Notes under the pieces: model-generated | Told to the model about the DNA's origin: nothing | The model's input: the letters and a program-made list of their open reading frames with translations, nothing else | Databases searched by the model: none | Origin: a bacterium | GTDB taxonomy: Bacteria; Patescibacteriota; Minisyncoccia; UBA6257; GWB1-50-10 | Length of the DNA: 64,000 nucleotides | Assembly (NCBI GenBank): GCA_021814545.1 | Contig: JAKAID010000001.1 | Coordinates: 41,590 to 105,589, forward strand | Direction: 5' to 3' | Program-made: the position numbers and the translations under genes | Shown here: piece by piece, positions 50,001 to 58,716 of the stretch | Layout: the number at the start of each line of letters is the position of its first letter | Numbering within the stretch: position 1 is the first letter of the stretch

Positions 50001-50996
50001 CTACCCGTGGCGGATAACCATCACGTCACCGTCTTTCACTGCATAATCCTTCCCTTCGAGGCGGAGCTTCCCCTTTTGTTTTGCCTGGCTCCAGCCGCCC
50101 GCCGCAACGAGGTCATCGTATCCCACCACTTCAGCGCGGATGAACGATTTTTCAAAATCAGTGTGGATAGTGCCCGCCGCCTGTGGCGCCTTCCATCCGC
50201 GTTCGATGGTCCACGCGCGCGTTTCGTCCTCGCCGGTCGTAAAGAAGCTCGCAAGGCCGAGTATTTCGTATGCTTTCTTGATGAGCTCGTCGATATTTCC
50301 CGCTTCCGCGAGGTTCATTACCACGTAACCCCCCTTCATTTCGGCTATCTTCTCCTTGAGCGCCTCTGACACGTCTTCGGGTGCGCCGTTCAAAAGGAAT
50401 ATTTGTTCTTTTGCGGTCAAAAGATTCAGTTCGCGCACGATGGATTCGTTTTTGTGGGCACGCGCACCTACTCCCTTCTCAAGCTCTTCTTTAATTGCCT
50501 TCAATATGCCCGCATCGTGCATGGCGGCCTTGTCGCCGGAACGCGCCTCCTTCTCCGCCTTGTCGAGCCGCTTCGTTACCGTTTCAAGGTCTTTGAAGAC
50601 AAGCTCGGCATTAATGATATCGAGGTCGCGCACGGGGTCCGCGGAGCCTTCCACGTGGATAATGTCGCCGCTCGTAAAACAGCGAAGCACCTGTACAATG
50701 GCCTTGCATTCGCGGATGTGCGAAAGGAACTGGTTGCCGAGGCCCTCGCCCTCGTGTGCGCCCTTCACAAGGCCCGCGATGTCGTAGAACTCAACGACCG
50801 CAGGAACGGTTTTTTTTGATTTCGAAAGCTTGGTAAGTACCGCGAGGCGTTCATCAGGAACGGGAACGATACCGACATTGGGGTCGATGGTTGCGAAGGG
50901 GTAGTTTGCTATCAAAATCTCCTGTTTTGTGAGGAGCTTGAAAAGCGTTGATTTACCGACGTTCGGAAGGCCCACGATGCCGATAGAAAGTTTCAT
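50001..50996 (-). CDS. ychF: ribosome-binding ATPase YchF
   Basis: GLPNVGKST, NYPFATI, DIAGLV, FIRAE. Confidence 0.97.
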   Translation of the reverse strand: MKLSIGIVGLPNVGKSTLFKLLTKQEILIANYPFATIDPNVGIVPVPDERLAVLTKLSKSKKTVPAVVEFYDIAGLVKGAHEGEGLGNQFLSHIRECKAIVQVLRCFTSGDIIHVEGSADPVRDLDIINAELVFKDLETVTKRLDKAEKEARSGDKAAMHDAGILKAIKEELEKGVGARAHKNESIVRELNLLTAKEQIFLLNGAPEDVSEALKEKIAEMKGGYVVMNLAEAGNIDELIKKAYEILGLASFFTTGEDETRAWTIERGWKAPQAAGTIHTDFEKSFIRAEVVGYDDLVAAGGWSQAKQKGKLRLEGKDYAVKDGDVMVIRHG

Positions 50997-51030
50997 AAAT
51001 GTGTAGCTGAATACTACTTAACTTTTCCTA

Positions 51031-51354
51031 TCAGAGCAATTGGCGCACCTCGGCGATGACTTCTTTGGGTATGGGGTCGCGCGCGGGGCTTTTGCCCGGG
51101 TAGCGCCACGCGGTTATCACTTTTATCTTCCCCTTATCAAGTTTGTACATCACCCACATTTCGTGCTGGCCCTTCACGCCCGTTGGCTGCATCGCGGCGA
51201 TGGTGTGTTCGGCAACGCCTTCCTCCACGCGCGCGGGCGAGCGAATGATGCGGCGAATGCGCCCCTCGCCTATTCCATAGTGGAGCATTTTCCCCCACAC
51301 ATGGCTTGTCCAGGCGTAGGTCGCGTCGTTTTTCGGGGGTTTGAGTCCGGGCAT
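51031..51354 (-). CDS. DUF4258/BrnT-like small protein
   Basis: WTSH..KM..GI..I, VITAWRYP; family inferred. Confidence 0.65.
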   Translation of the reverse strand: MPGLKPPKNDATYAWTSHVWGKMLHYGIGEGRIRRIIRSPARVEEGVAEHTIAAMQPTGVKGQHEMWVMYKLDKGKIKVITAWRYPGKSPARDPIPKEVIAEVRQLL

Positions 51355-51357
51355 CAG

Positions 51358-51924
51358 TTACCTTCCGTAGAGTCCCATAATGCTCGCATGCGCCACAATG
51401 TGCTGTTCCATCGCGCGGAGCAATTCTTCTTTTGTCGCGCCTACCGGCAAATCAAGTTTCGCGTCGAGCGCGTAGAGCGTGAACACATAGCGGTGTGCGG
51501 GCTTCCCTACGGGCGGGCAAGGGCCGCCATATTTCGGCTTGCCCCAGCTGTTCGCCCCCTGCATCGCCTCTCCTGGCACGTTGTCTTCCGAAATATATTG
51601 CGTGTCGGGCGCGATGTTCCACATAAGCCAATGGTCGAAGGGTACGCCGCGCGAGGCATCGGGGTCGTCCATGATAAGCGCGAGGCTTGCCGTGTTCGCC
51701 GGTACATTCCGAACCTCAAGCAGCGGGCTTACATCCTCGCCATCACAGGTGTATTTCGAAGGGATTTTGTCCCCCTCCTTGAACGCTGAAGTTTTTAGTC
51801 TGAATGGTTCCATGAAGGTTTGGCTCGGCTGTGCGGGCTCTTTTATCGTGGTCGCGGGGCGCCAAAAAATGAAGATGGCAAGAATGATGAGCGCAATTCC
51901 GAGTACGGTCGCCGCACGCTTCAT
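51358..51924 (-). CDS. YbhB/YbcL (PEBP) family protein
   Basis: DPDA, FDHW, YGGPCPP, HRYVFTLYALD. Confidence 0.93.
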   Translation of the reverse strand: MKRAATVLGIALIILAIFIFWRPATTIKEPAQPSQTFMEPFRLKTSAFKEGDKIPSKYTCDGEDVSPLLEVRNVPANTASLALIMDDPDASRGVPFDHWLMWNIAPDTQYISEDNVPGEAMQGANSWGKPKYGGPCPPVGKPAHRYVFTLYALDAKLDLPVGATKEELLRAMEQHIVAHASIMGLYGR

Positions 51925-51945
51925 TTTCTCTATAATAGCATATAG

Positions 51946-52106
51946 ATACCACCTCCTATTGAATCCTTGCCCACCAAGTTTTAAAATTTTCGGCTCCGAC
52001 ACGGCGAAAAATTTCTCTCCAGAGTGCCGCTCTGCCTCGCAATTTTTCACCGCATCTCGCTCGAAAATTTTAAGACTTTTAGGCAAAACTCAATAGGAGG
52101 TGGTAT
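51946..52106. repeat. 161-bp imperfect palindrome between divergent genes
   Basis: 17-bp perfect outer IR ataccacctcctattga/tcaataggaggtggtat plus stacked inner stems. Confidence 0.85.
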
Positions 52107-52118
52107 AATTTTTCTCAT

Positions 52119-53222
52119 ATGTCGCGTGCGCTCTACCGCAAATATCGCCCCTCGATCTTCGAGGACCTGCTCGGACAGGAGCTCACCGCACGCATTTTAC
52201 GCGAGGCGGCGCGTCAGGATAAACTTGCGCACGCGTATTTGTTCGCGGGGCCGCGGGGTACCGGGAAAACGACGACCGCGCGCCTCATCGCGAAAATTGC
52301 GAATTGCGAAACGCGTGTTGCGGACAAGAAATTTTCCATAAAGGGAGAGCCGTGCAACAAGTGCCGGGCGTGCACGGAAATCGATGAGGGGCGCAACCTC
52401 GATGTCATTGAAATAGATGCGGCGTCCACCCGCGGCATCGACGACATTCGCGACCTCAAGGAGAACGTGCGCGTGGCGCCCGCCTCTGGCCGCTACAAAG
52501 TGTTTATTATCGACGAGGCGCACCAGCTCACGAAAGACGCGTGGAACGCGCTTTTGAAAACGCTCGAGGAGCCCCCCGCGTACGTCATTTTGATATTAGC
52601 AACAACGGAATCAGACAAGGTGCCGGCGACTATCGTTTCGCGTACCCAGCAGTTCCACTTCAAGCACGTACCGCTCGAAACGCTCGTGGGCAAGCTTTCG
52701 ATGATAGCGAAGCAGGAACATATCGATGTGGCGCCCGATGCATTAGAGCTCGTCGCCTCCTCCGCCGAGGGCAGCTTCCGCGATGCGGAGTCGCTCCTGG
52801 GCCAGCTCGTCACCTTCGGGGGCGGGAAAATTACTTTGAAAGATGTGGAGCAGATGGTCGGGAAGGTGGGCTTCGACAAACTCGATGCATTCGCGGGAAT
52901 GCTTTTAGAAAATAACGTGGCGCAGGCGCTCGAGGCGCTCACCTCTATTTACGATGGCGGATACAACGTGGTGCAGTTCACAAAAGACCTCATCCACTAC
53001 CTACGCCGCGCGGCGGTGCTCTGCTATAACCCTGAAATGAAAGCGTTCTTTAGGCGTGAACTTATGGCTGACCACGTGGAGAAGCTCGAGGGGCATGCGA
53101 AGAAGTTCCAGGATAAGCACATCGCGCTTTTGAAATCGCTTATCGCTGCCCATGGCCAGATGCGCTACAGCCAGTTTCCTATTATTCCGTTAGAAGTGGC
53201 TATCATCGAAGGTTTGAAATAG
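52119..53222 (+). CDS. dnaX: DNA polymerase III gamma/tau (short)
   Basis: LYRKYRP, GPRGTGKTT, EIDAAS, LLKTLEEPP. Confidence 0.96.
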   Translation: MSRALYRKYRPSIFEDLLGQELTARILREAARQDKLAHAYLFAGPRGTGKTTTARLIAKIANCETRVADKKFSIKGEPCNKCRACTEIDEGRNLDVIEIDAASTRGIDDIRDLKENVRVAPASGRYKVFIIDEAHQLTKDAWNALLKTLEEPPAYVILILATTESDKVPATIVSRTQQFHFKHVPLETLVGKLSMIAKQEHIDVAPDALELVASSAEGSFRDAESLLGQLVTFGGGKITLKDVEQMVGKVGFDKLDAFAGMLLENNVAQALEALTSIYDGGYNVVQFTKDLIHYLRRAAVLCYNPEMKAFFRRELMADHVEKLEGHAKKFQDKHIALLKSLIAAHGQMRYSQFPIIPLEVAIIEGLK

Positions 53223-53243
53223 GTCGCGTGGTAGAATAAAAGC

Positions 53244-53726
53244 ATGGATAAAAAGAACATTTGGGTTCTTGCGGGGGGCGCGGTCGTGCTCCTCGCGCTT
53301 GGGTTTTTTGTCGGCAAGTCGTTCGGCGGACCTTCGGCCGAATATGCAGCACCGGCCACCTCGACCGAGCAGGTTTCTGGTGGGCCTGCCGCTCCTGCGG
53401 CTCCTGTGCCCTCTGCGCCCGCGCCAAAGCCTTCGGGCACTGGCACCACACTCTCACGCGATGCGGCGTATAAGTACTATTCAGGGAAGCAGCTCTACAC
53501 GAAGCTCCTTGATTGCGTGGGGTACCCCATGAACTTCATTTTCAAGGTGGGTACGAAGTTCATGGTGGAGAATGGCTCCACGCTTCCCGCGGCATTCACG
53601 GTGCGCGACCAGTCGTTCATCATTCCTGGGAAAGGATTCGTGGTCATCACCGCAACCCAGTCAGGCGTGTATGATGCGATGTGCAACGGTGCTATTTCGT
53701 TGAAACTCCAGGTGAGCCCGCAATAG
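53244..53726 (+). CDS. membrane-anchored hypothetical protein
   Basis: TM helix, Pro/Ala linker, beta domain with 2 Cys. Confidence 0.75.
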   Translation: MDKKNIWVLAGGAVVLLALGFFVGKSFGGPSAEYAAPATSTEQVSGGPAAPAAPVPSAPAPKPSGTGTTLSRDAAYKYYSGKQLYTKLLDCVGYPMNFIFKVGTKFMVENGSTLPAAFTVRDQSFIIPGKGFVVITATQSGVYDAMCNGAISLKLQVSPQ

Positions 53727-53748
53727 GCTCCAAGAAAAACAGAGAAAA

Positions 53749-53774
53749 TAAAAAGCCCCGAATCTCGGGGCTTT
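53749..53774. terminator. bidirectional terminator
   Basis: aaagccccga/tcggggcttt. Confidence 0.75.
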
Positions 53775-53778
53775 GCAG

Positions 53779-54336
53779 TTACTCATCGACCTTCGGGAAC
53801 CTCTTTTCCCACTCGCCGGGCTTGTAGGTCCTCGCGGTCACGTTGAAGGCGGCGGCCATGAAATTGCCGTGCGCGCTGAAGACGAGCTCTCGCTTGTATT
53901 TCACGTTCACCCAGCAGGAGCCGTTCGAGGCGACGGTCTGCGTGGCGCCGAAGGTGGCGAAGAAGTGCTTGTCCCGAAAGCGCATGACGAGGTGCGTGCT
54001 CATGGGGCCGCTTTCCTTCTGGACTATCTCGCCGCCCCTGTCGACGAACACCATTACGGCATTCGCGAGGGCGTTGAGATGCTCCCTCCTCTTCTTCGCC
54101 TTCAGCGCTGCAGGCAGACCCTTCCGCGCTTCCTCCACGGCCGCGTCGCACGCCTTCTTGAACTCGGCTTGCGCGGTCTTCTTGTTCGGCATCCCGAGCG
54201 TGAAGTTTAGGTGAGCTTCGCGCACTTCCGCGGTCGGCACCGGAATCTCTACCTGGCGCTTGTTCTCGATCACTACGTCCTTCTCGAGCGATATCTGAAA
54301 TTCGCCCACATACAGCGACAGTCCTTGCAGAGACAT
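53779..54336 (-). CDS. hypothetical protein (orphan cassette)
   Basis: SD GGGGAGGA; promoter TTGACC-17-TAGCTT. Confidence 0.7.
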   Translation of the reverse strand: MSLQGLSLYVGEFQISLEKDVVIENKRQVEIPVPTAEVREAHLNFTLGMPNKKTAQAEFKKACDAAVEEARKGLPAALKAKKRREHLNALANAVMVFVDRGGEIVQKESGPMSTHLVMRFRDKHFFATFGATQTVASNGSCWVNVKYKRELVFSAHGNFMAAAFNVTARTYKPGEWEKRFPKVDE

Positions 54337-54428
54337 CCGTTTTCCTCCCCTGTAATTAGCCAACGTACTGCTCGAAAGCTAACAGGAAGAGCGGTGGAGG
54401 TCAACAAGAAGTTTGATAATATTATTTC

Positions 54429-54794
54429 ATGGCCAACAAAAGCATCGAGCGCCACGATTGGCGCGCGCAGACGTTATCGCGGATCCGCGTTCTCATCAAA
54501 CAAGCCGACCCGGTGATGACCGAAGAGGTGAGGTGGAAAAAACCTTCGAATCCCGCCGGAATTCCCGTCTGGTCTCACGAGGGGATGGTGTGCACGGGAG
54601 AAACATATAAGAACCATCTGCGGCCCACCTTCGCGAAAGGAACCGCCCTCAAAAAATCAACAACTCTTTTTAATGCATTCCGCGCCATCATCATCCACGA
54701 AGGTGACAAAATTGATGGGACAGCTTTCAAGAAGCTCATCCGTGCGGCGGTAGCGCTCAACCGCGCGAGTAAACAAAAACTGAAATCTCGATAG
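54429..54794 (+). CDS. DUF1801 (YdhG-like) protein
   Basis: EEVRW..PVWSHEG, TFAKG, LIRAAVALN. Confidence 0.85.
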   Translation: MANKSIERHDWRAQTLSRIRVLIKQADPVMTEEVRWKKPSNPAGIPVWSHEGMVCTGETYKNHLRPTFAKGTALKKSTTLFNAFRAIIIHEGDKIDGTAFKKLIRAAVALNRASKQKLKSR

Positions 54795-54837
54795 GTGCGG
54801 TAGTGCGTCGTGCGCCAAACAAAACGCCCATATTTGT

Positions 54838-55016
54838 TGGCTGGGGGACAGGGTAATCGAACAAATTAACTCGCTCAAAGCGGTTAATTTCACGAACCCA
54901 GCGGTTCGTGTGCTCCGCAACGGTGAAACTCCCGTTTCCCCGACCCCCTTCCCGTTCGAATCCCTGTAAGCAAATACAAAATCAGCATACCACGACGGTA
55001 TGCAATTTTATATTTG
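54838..55016 (-). repeat. tRNA-Gln-associated element with inverted and direct copies of the tRNA 3' end
   Basis: direct copy 54838-54862 ending GCCA; inverted T-arm copy 54954-54967; internal hairpins. Confidence 0.8.
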
Positions 55017-55087
55017 CTGGGGGACAGGGATTCGAACCCCGATTCACGGCTTCAAAGGCCGCTGTCCTACCATTAGACGATCCCCCA
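55017..55087 (-). tRNA. tRNA-Gln(TTG)
   Basis: acceptor TGGGGGA/TCCCCCA, anticodon loop CTTTGAA, GGTTCGAATCC. Confidence 0.95.
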
Positions 55088-55108
55088 AGTGCTTATAGTT
55101 TATGCAAT

Positions 55109-56182
55109 TCACTCCAATTTTTCCAGTCGGACGCCGATGAGGCGGATTGCCTTCCGTTTCGGATTTTCGCGCGCATCGAAGAATGGCATCAGGAGTTTTA
55201 ACGCTTCGAACTGAAGTGTTGGGAGTGCGGTACTTGGTTCGCCAAGCGTTGCGGCGCGGCTCTTTGTTGTGAAGTCAGAGAAGCGCACGGTTATCGCGAT
55301 GGTGCGGAAGGTTTTGAAGCCGTGTTTTACGAACCGTCTGTGAACTTTGGCACATAGGGCGTTGAGTCTCTCAAACACAAAGCTCGCATCGCGCGAATCT
55401 TTTTCGAATGTTTCCTGCTCGCCGAGCGACTTCGCTTCCCACTCCTCAACAAGGGGCGTTTCGTCCTTCCCGCGGAGGCGCGAGTAGAGCGCGCTGCCCC
55501 ACTTGCCCATAAGCTCCGAGAGCTCATCGCGCGAGAAGCGCTTCATTTCCTTAATAGTGTGAATGCCCAACTTATTGAATTTCTGTTCGGTTTTCGGGCC
55601 CACGCCGGGAATTGTGCGGATGGAGAGCGGCTCAAGGAAGCTTTCTGCATCTTCCTCACGCACCACGGTAAGGCCATCGGGTTTTTGCCTGTCGGAGGCG
55701 ATTTTTGCAATGAGTTTGTTCGGCCCCAGCCCCGCCGAGGCTGTGAGGCGTTCTTTCTTTTGAATCTCTTTTTTTATCTTTTTGCAGAGCGCGATAGCTT
55801 TGGCATAAGAGCCCGTGAAGGAAAGGTCGATATATGCCTCGTCGACACTCGCCTCCTCGACGTGCTCTGCGTGCGCGTGGAGAATTGCCATAATGCGGCG
55901 CGAGACCTCGCCATACTTGCGCATACTCCCAATCATAAAAACAACCGGAGGCAGGCCCTTTTGTTTCGCCTCTTCCGAGAGGCGCCAGGCAGTTGAGACG
56001 GGGAGCGCAGAGCGAATGCCATAGGCGCGCGCCTTATAGTTCGCGGTCGAGACGACTCCTCTACCCTTGCCCTCTTTGGGGTCGGCACCCACCACAAGCG
56101 GCAGACCGCGCACGCGTGGGTTGTCGCGCTCTTCTATCGCCGCGAAGAAGGCATCCATATCTATGTGCGCGATGATACGCAT
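55109..56182 (-). CDS. dinB: DNA polymerase IV
   Basis: HIDMDAFFA, YKARAYG, SVDEAY, AKIAS..KPDG. Confidence 0.96.
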   Translation of the reverse strand: MRIIAHIDMDAFFAAIEERDNPRVRGLPLVVGADPKEGKGRGVVSTANYKARAYGIRSALPVSTAWRLSEEAKQKGLPPVVFMIGSMRKYGEVSRRIMAILHAHAEHVEEASVDEAYIDLSFTGSYAKAIALCKKIKKEIQKKERLTASAGLGPNKLIAKIASDRQKPDGLTVVREEDAESFLEPLSIRTIPGVGPKTEQKFNKLGIHTIKEMKRFSRDELSELMGKWGSALYSRLRGKDETPLVEEWEAKSLGEQETFEKDSRDASFVFERLNALCAKVHRRFVKHGFKTFRTIAITVRFSDFTTKSRAATLGEPSTALPTLQFEALKLLMPFFDARENPKRKAIRLIGVRLEKLE

Positions 56183-56238
56183 GTTCCTATGAGTAGAATA
56201 TACCCCAAAACAAAAGCCCATGCGCGAAGCATGGGGTA

Positions 56239-56793
56239 TTACGGAGAAGGCAGGAGCCTCGGAAGCAGGAGCGTGCAGAGCAGGCTGAATGCGGCGTCCG
56301 CGCTCGTGTATGTCGTATCAAGCACGATGTCGAAGTGCCGGTCGTCGAGGTAGTCCTCAATGCCGTAGAGGACGCGGTAACGCACCCTCTCCTGCCCCGT
56401 GCGGAGGCTCGAGAGCATAAGCATCTCTTCGAGCGGCTTCCCGCTGTTTTCGGGGCGCAGGAGTTGCCGCCGCGCTCCTTCCTCAGGGGAAACCGCGACT
56501 TTCACGTTTACCGTGCGGAAGTTGCACCGCAGGAACGGCGCGATGCGCCCTTCGGCAACGAGGCAGTCGCGCGCGCACATCTCGAGCTCCATGTGTGTAT
56601 CGACGCTCTTTTCGAGTTCGGGGTCTTCTTTCAGCTGTGCGTAAAATGCTTCTATCGACATACCGCGCGCTACGGCCATCTTGCGGAACATACCACCCGC
56701 GTAGAGATGGCCGTAGTTCAGCACCGCCGCGAGGCGTTTACAAAGCGTCGTTTTTCCGGAGCCTGCATTACCGCTTACGCGAACGACCGCCAT
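56239..56793 (-). CDS. cytidylate kinase, archaeal-like family
   Basis: SGNAGSGKTT, GGMFR, EGR, R..RY..LYGI; SD AAGGAGGGG. Confidence 0.85.
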   Translation of the reverse strand: MAVVRVSGNAGSGKTTLCKRLAAVLNYGHLYAGGMFRKMAVARGMSIEAFYAQLKEDPELEKSVDTHMELEMCARDCLVAEGRIAPFLRCNFRTVNVKVAVSPEEGARRQLLRPENSGKPLEEMLMLSSLRTGQERVRYRVLYGIEDYLDDRHFDIVLDTTYTSADAAFSLLCTLLLPRLLPSP

Positions 56794-56923
56794 CTCCCCT
56801 CCTTCCTTTCGTGAAATTACTGTGCTTACTATACACCAATTTTTGCGTGCGGCGAGAATTGACTTTGCATGAAAAACGTGCGATGCTATGGTCAGTTCGT
56901 TAACCCCTCTTGAGGAGGAACGC

Positions 56924-57526
56924 ATGAGTAGCATCTCGAAATATGCCGCGATGACTCTGCCCCGCATGCAGCAGGTGTGGGACAAGCTCGGCGGCGACGA
57001 AGGCGTGAAGAAGTTCCTTGCCGGCGAGACGAATGTGGTTTCGATGGAGGACCACTTCCCGCCGTGGAACGTGGTCATGCTCGGCACGCACAAGAGCGCG
57101 AGCGAGTTGAAGCTCGCCCTGCTCGAGTCCGGGTGTGATGCGAGTGACGCCGAGGCACTGCTCGACCACCCCGACTTCGTCTTCTCGGCTGCGCCCGCGC
57201 GGATGTATCTTGCGCGCGCGTCGGTCGGGTCGCTCGGATTCCGCGACGGTGCGACGTACAAGGAGATTTGCGACCGCGCCAGCCTCTTCGGTCTCCGGCT
57301 TTGCCCCGCCGAGGTCGGTCCCGCACTCCGGCTCCACTACGTGGAGCAGCCCGAGGGCGAGTGGCTCGACATCGCGATGGAGCCGCTGAAGGACAAGGAA
57401 GGGTTCTTCCACGTCTTCGCAGTCATGAAGCACAGCGGCATGATGCGGCTTCAGGCGCACAACGGCGCTCCGGACCACCGCTGCGGCCCCACGATGTGCT
57501 TCGTGTTCTACAAGGGAATGGTGTAA
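56924..57526 (+). CDS. hypothetical protein (LCPAEVGPxLR motif)
   Basis: SD GAGGAGG; KLGG.EGV..FL and GLRLCPAEVGPALRLHY motifs; terminator follows. Confidence 0.8.
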   Translation: MSSISKYAAMTLPRMQQVWDKLGGDEGVKKFLAGETNVVSMEDHFPPWNVVMLGTHKSASELKLALLESGCDASDAEALLDHPDFVFSAAPARMYLARASVGSLGFRDGATYKEICDRASLFGLRLCPAEVGPALRLHYVEQPEGEWLDIAMEPLKDKEGFFHVFAVMKHSGMMRLQAHNGAPDHRCGPTMCFVFYKGMV

Positions 57527-57611
57527 GGGTATAAGGCCCCGCTATGCAATGCGGGGCTTTTTGTATAATAAGAGTATAAAGGTCGTTCAACGGACAATTA
57601 TCCAAAGAACA

Positions 57612-57788
57612 ATGGCCAAGGCAAAAGCAAAGAAAAAGCACGCCGCGCCAAAAAAGAGCGCGGAGCCTAAGCTTCAGAGCACGGCAACGTTTGAATCAAC
57701 GAACTGCGCGTGTGCGGACGGCATTTGCGAATGCGAAACGTGCGTGTGCAAATGCGTGAATGGCAAGTGCGAATGCGTGTGCGGTTAA
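57612..57788 (+). CDS. metallothionein-like Cys-rich small protein with basic N-terminal tail
   Basis: 58 aa, 10 Cys in the last 27 residues as CxC units; TATAAT upstream, terminator at ~57792-57820. Confidence 0.7.
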   Translation: MAKAKAKKKHAAPKKSAEPKLQSTATFESTNCACADGICECETCVCKCVNGKCECVCG

Positions 57789-57826
57789 CACAAAACCGCC
57801 CCTCATGGGCGGTTTTTTATTTCGCG

Positions 57827-57976
57827 CTATTTGTGCGCGTGATGCGAAAACGATTTCGCCAAATAGTATGGCCAGATAAAGATGGCAAGTACGCTCGTCC
57901 AAAAATCGAGGCGAAGGTAGCCGATCGTGAAAAGCCAGCCGATGAACCAGATTGACCCCATAATGTCGTTGTTCAT
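57827..57976 (-). CDS. small membrane protein (49 aa, absent from the ORF track)
   Basis: MNNDIMGSIWFIGWLFTIGYLRLDFWTSVLAIFIWPYYLAKSFSHHAHK; shares the terminator. Confidence 0.7.
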   Translation of the reverse strand: MNNDIMGSIWFIGWLFTIGYLRLDFWTSVLAIFIWPYYLAKSFSHHAHK

Positions 57977-58080
57977 AATCCAGGTAAATTCCCCCGACCT
58001 TTGTTCAATTTATTATAACAAAATACACCCGCCAGTTGTGCTTGGAATCGGGTGTATTTCGCAATTATCCTACAGAATCG

Positions 58081-58635
58081 TTACTGAGCTGAGATGGCCG
58101 ACCTGTATGCGCTGTTCGCTGCTTCGACCGCAGACCGATACGCATCATTCGCCGCCTTTACTGCCGCGCGGTATGCGTCGTTCGCTGCGCCTCGCTCCGT
58201 GCCCGAGTTGTCGGTTTTTGCCTTTTCAAGCGCTGCCCCATGGGCCGTTTTTGCTGCCGCGATGGCTGCGCTGCGAGTCCCTCGTGCGCTATCTATCGCC
58301 GCCTTTCTCGTTGCCTGCGCCTGCTCTCGCTTCTGCTTCGCAGCATCCCAAGTCGCTTTGCGTGCGGCCTGTGCGTCCCCTACCGCAGCCTTATAGGCCG
58401 CATTTGCCGTGGACACCGCCTGCTTGAATGCATCTTGTGCTGCTTTTACTGCTGCATCGCGGGTCTCGCGTGCCGCTTCAACCGCCGCCTTCCTATCAGA
58501 TTGAGCCTTTTGAATGGCTTCCTGATATGCGGTCGGTGTCGCGGGGGCTGACGTTGCCGTGCTCGTTGTTTGCGCGAATGCAACGGACGAGCCGATGAGC
58601 GATACTGCCGCCATGCCGATTAATATTTTTTTCAT
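58081..58635 (-). CDS. secreted Ala-rich 11-mer repeat helical protein
   Basis: signal peptide (AFA); AANDAYRxAVx repeats. Confidence 0.8.
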   Translation of the reverse strand: MKKILIGMAAVSLIGSSVAFAQTTSTATSAPATPTAYQEAIQKAQSDRKAAVEAARETRDAAVKAAQDAFKQAVSTANAAYKAAVGDAQAARKATWDAAKQKREQAQATRKAAIDSARGTRSAAIAAAKTAHGAALEKAKTDNSGTERGAANDAYRAAVKAANDAYRSAVEAANSAYRSAISAQ

Positions 58636-58716
58636 GAAATGAAATATTAGATTATTCGACCTTTCCCCAACTATAAGTTGATACGCGAGAAGCGCCCCTT
58701 TTATTTCAGCGGAACC

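Noticed and set aside
56239-57261. 340-aa ORF
   Set aside because: The N-terminal part is a shadow of the + strand gene; the kinase starts at 56793 after an SD.
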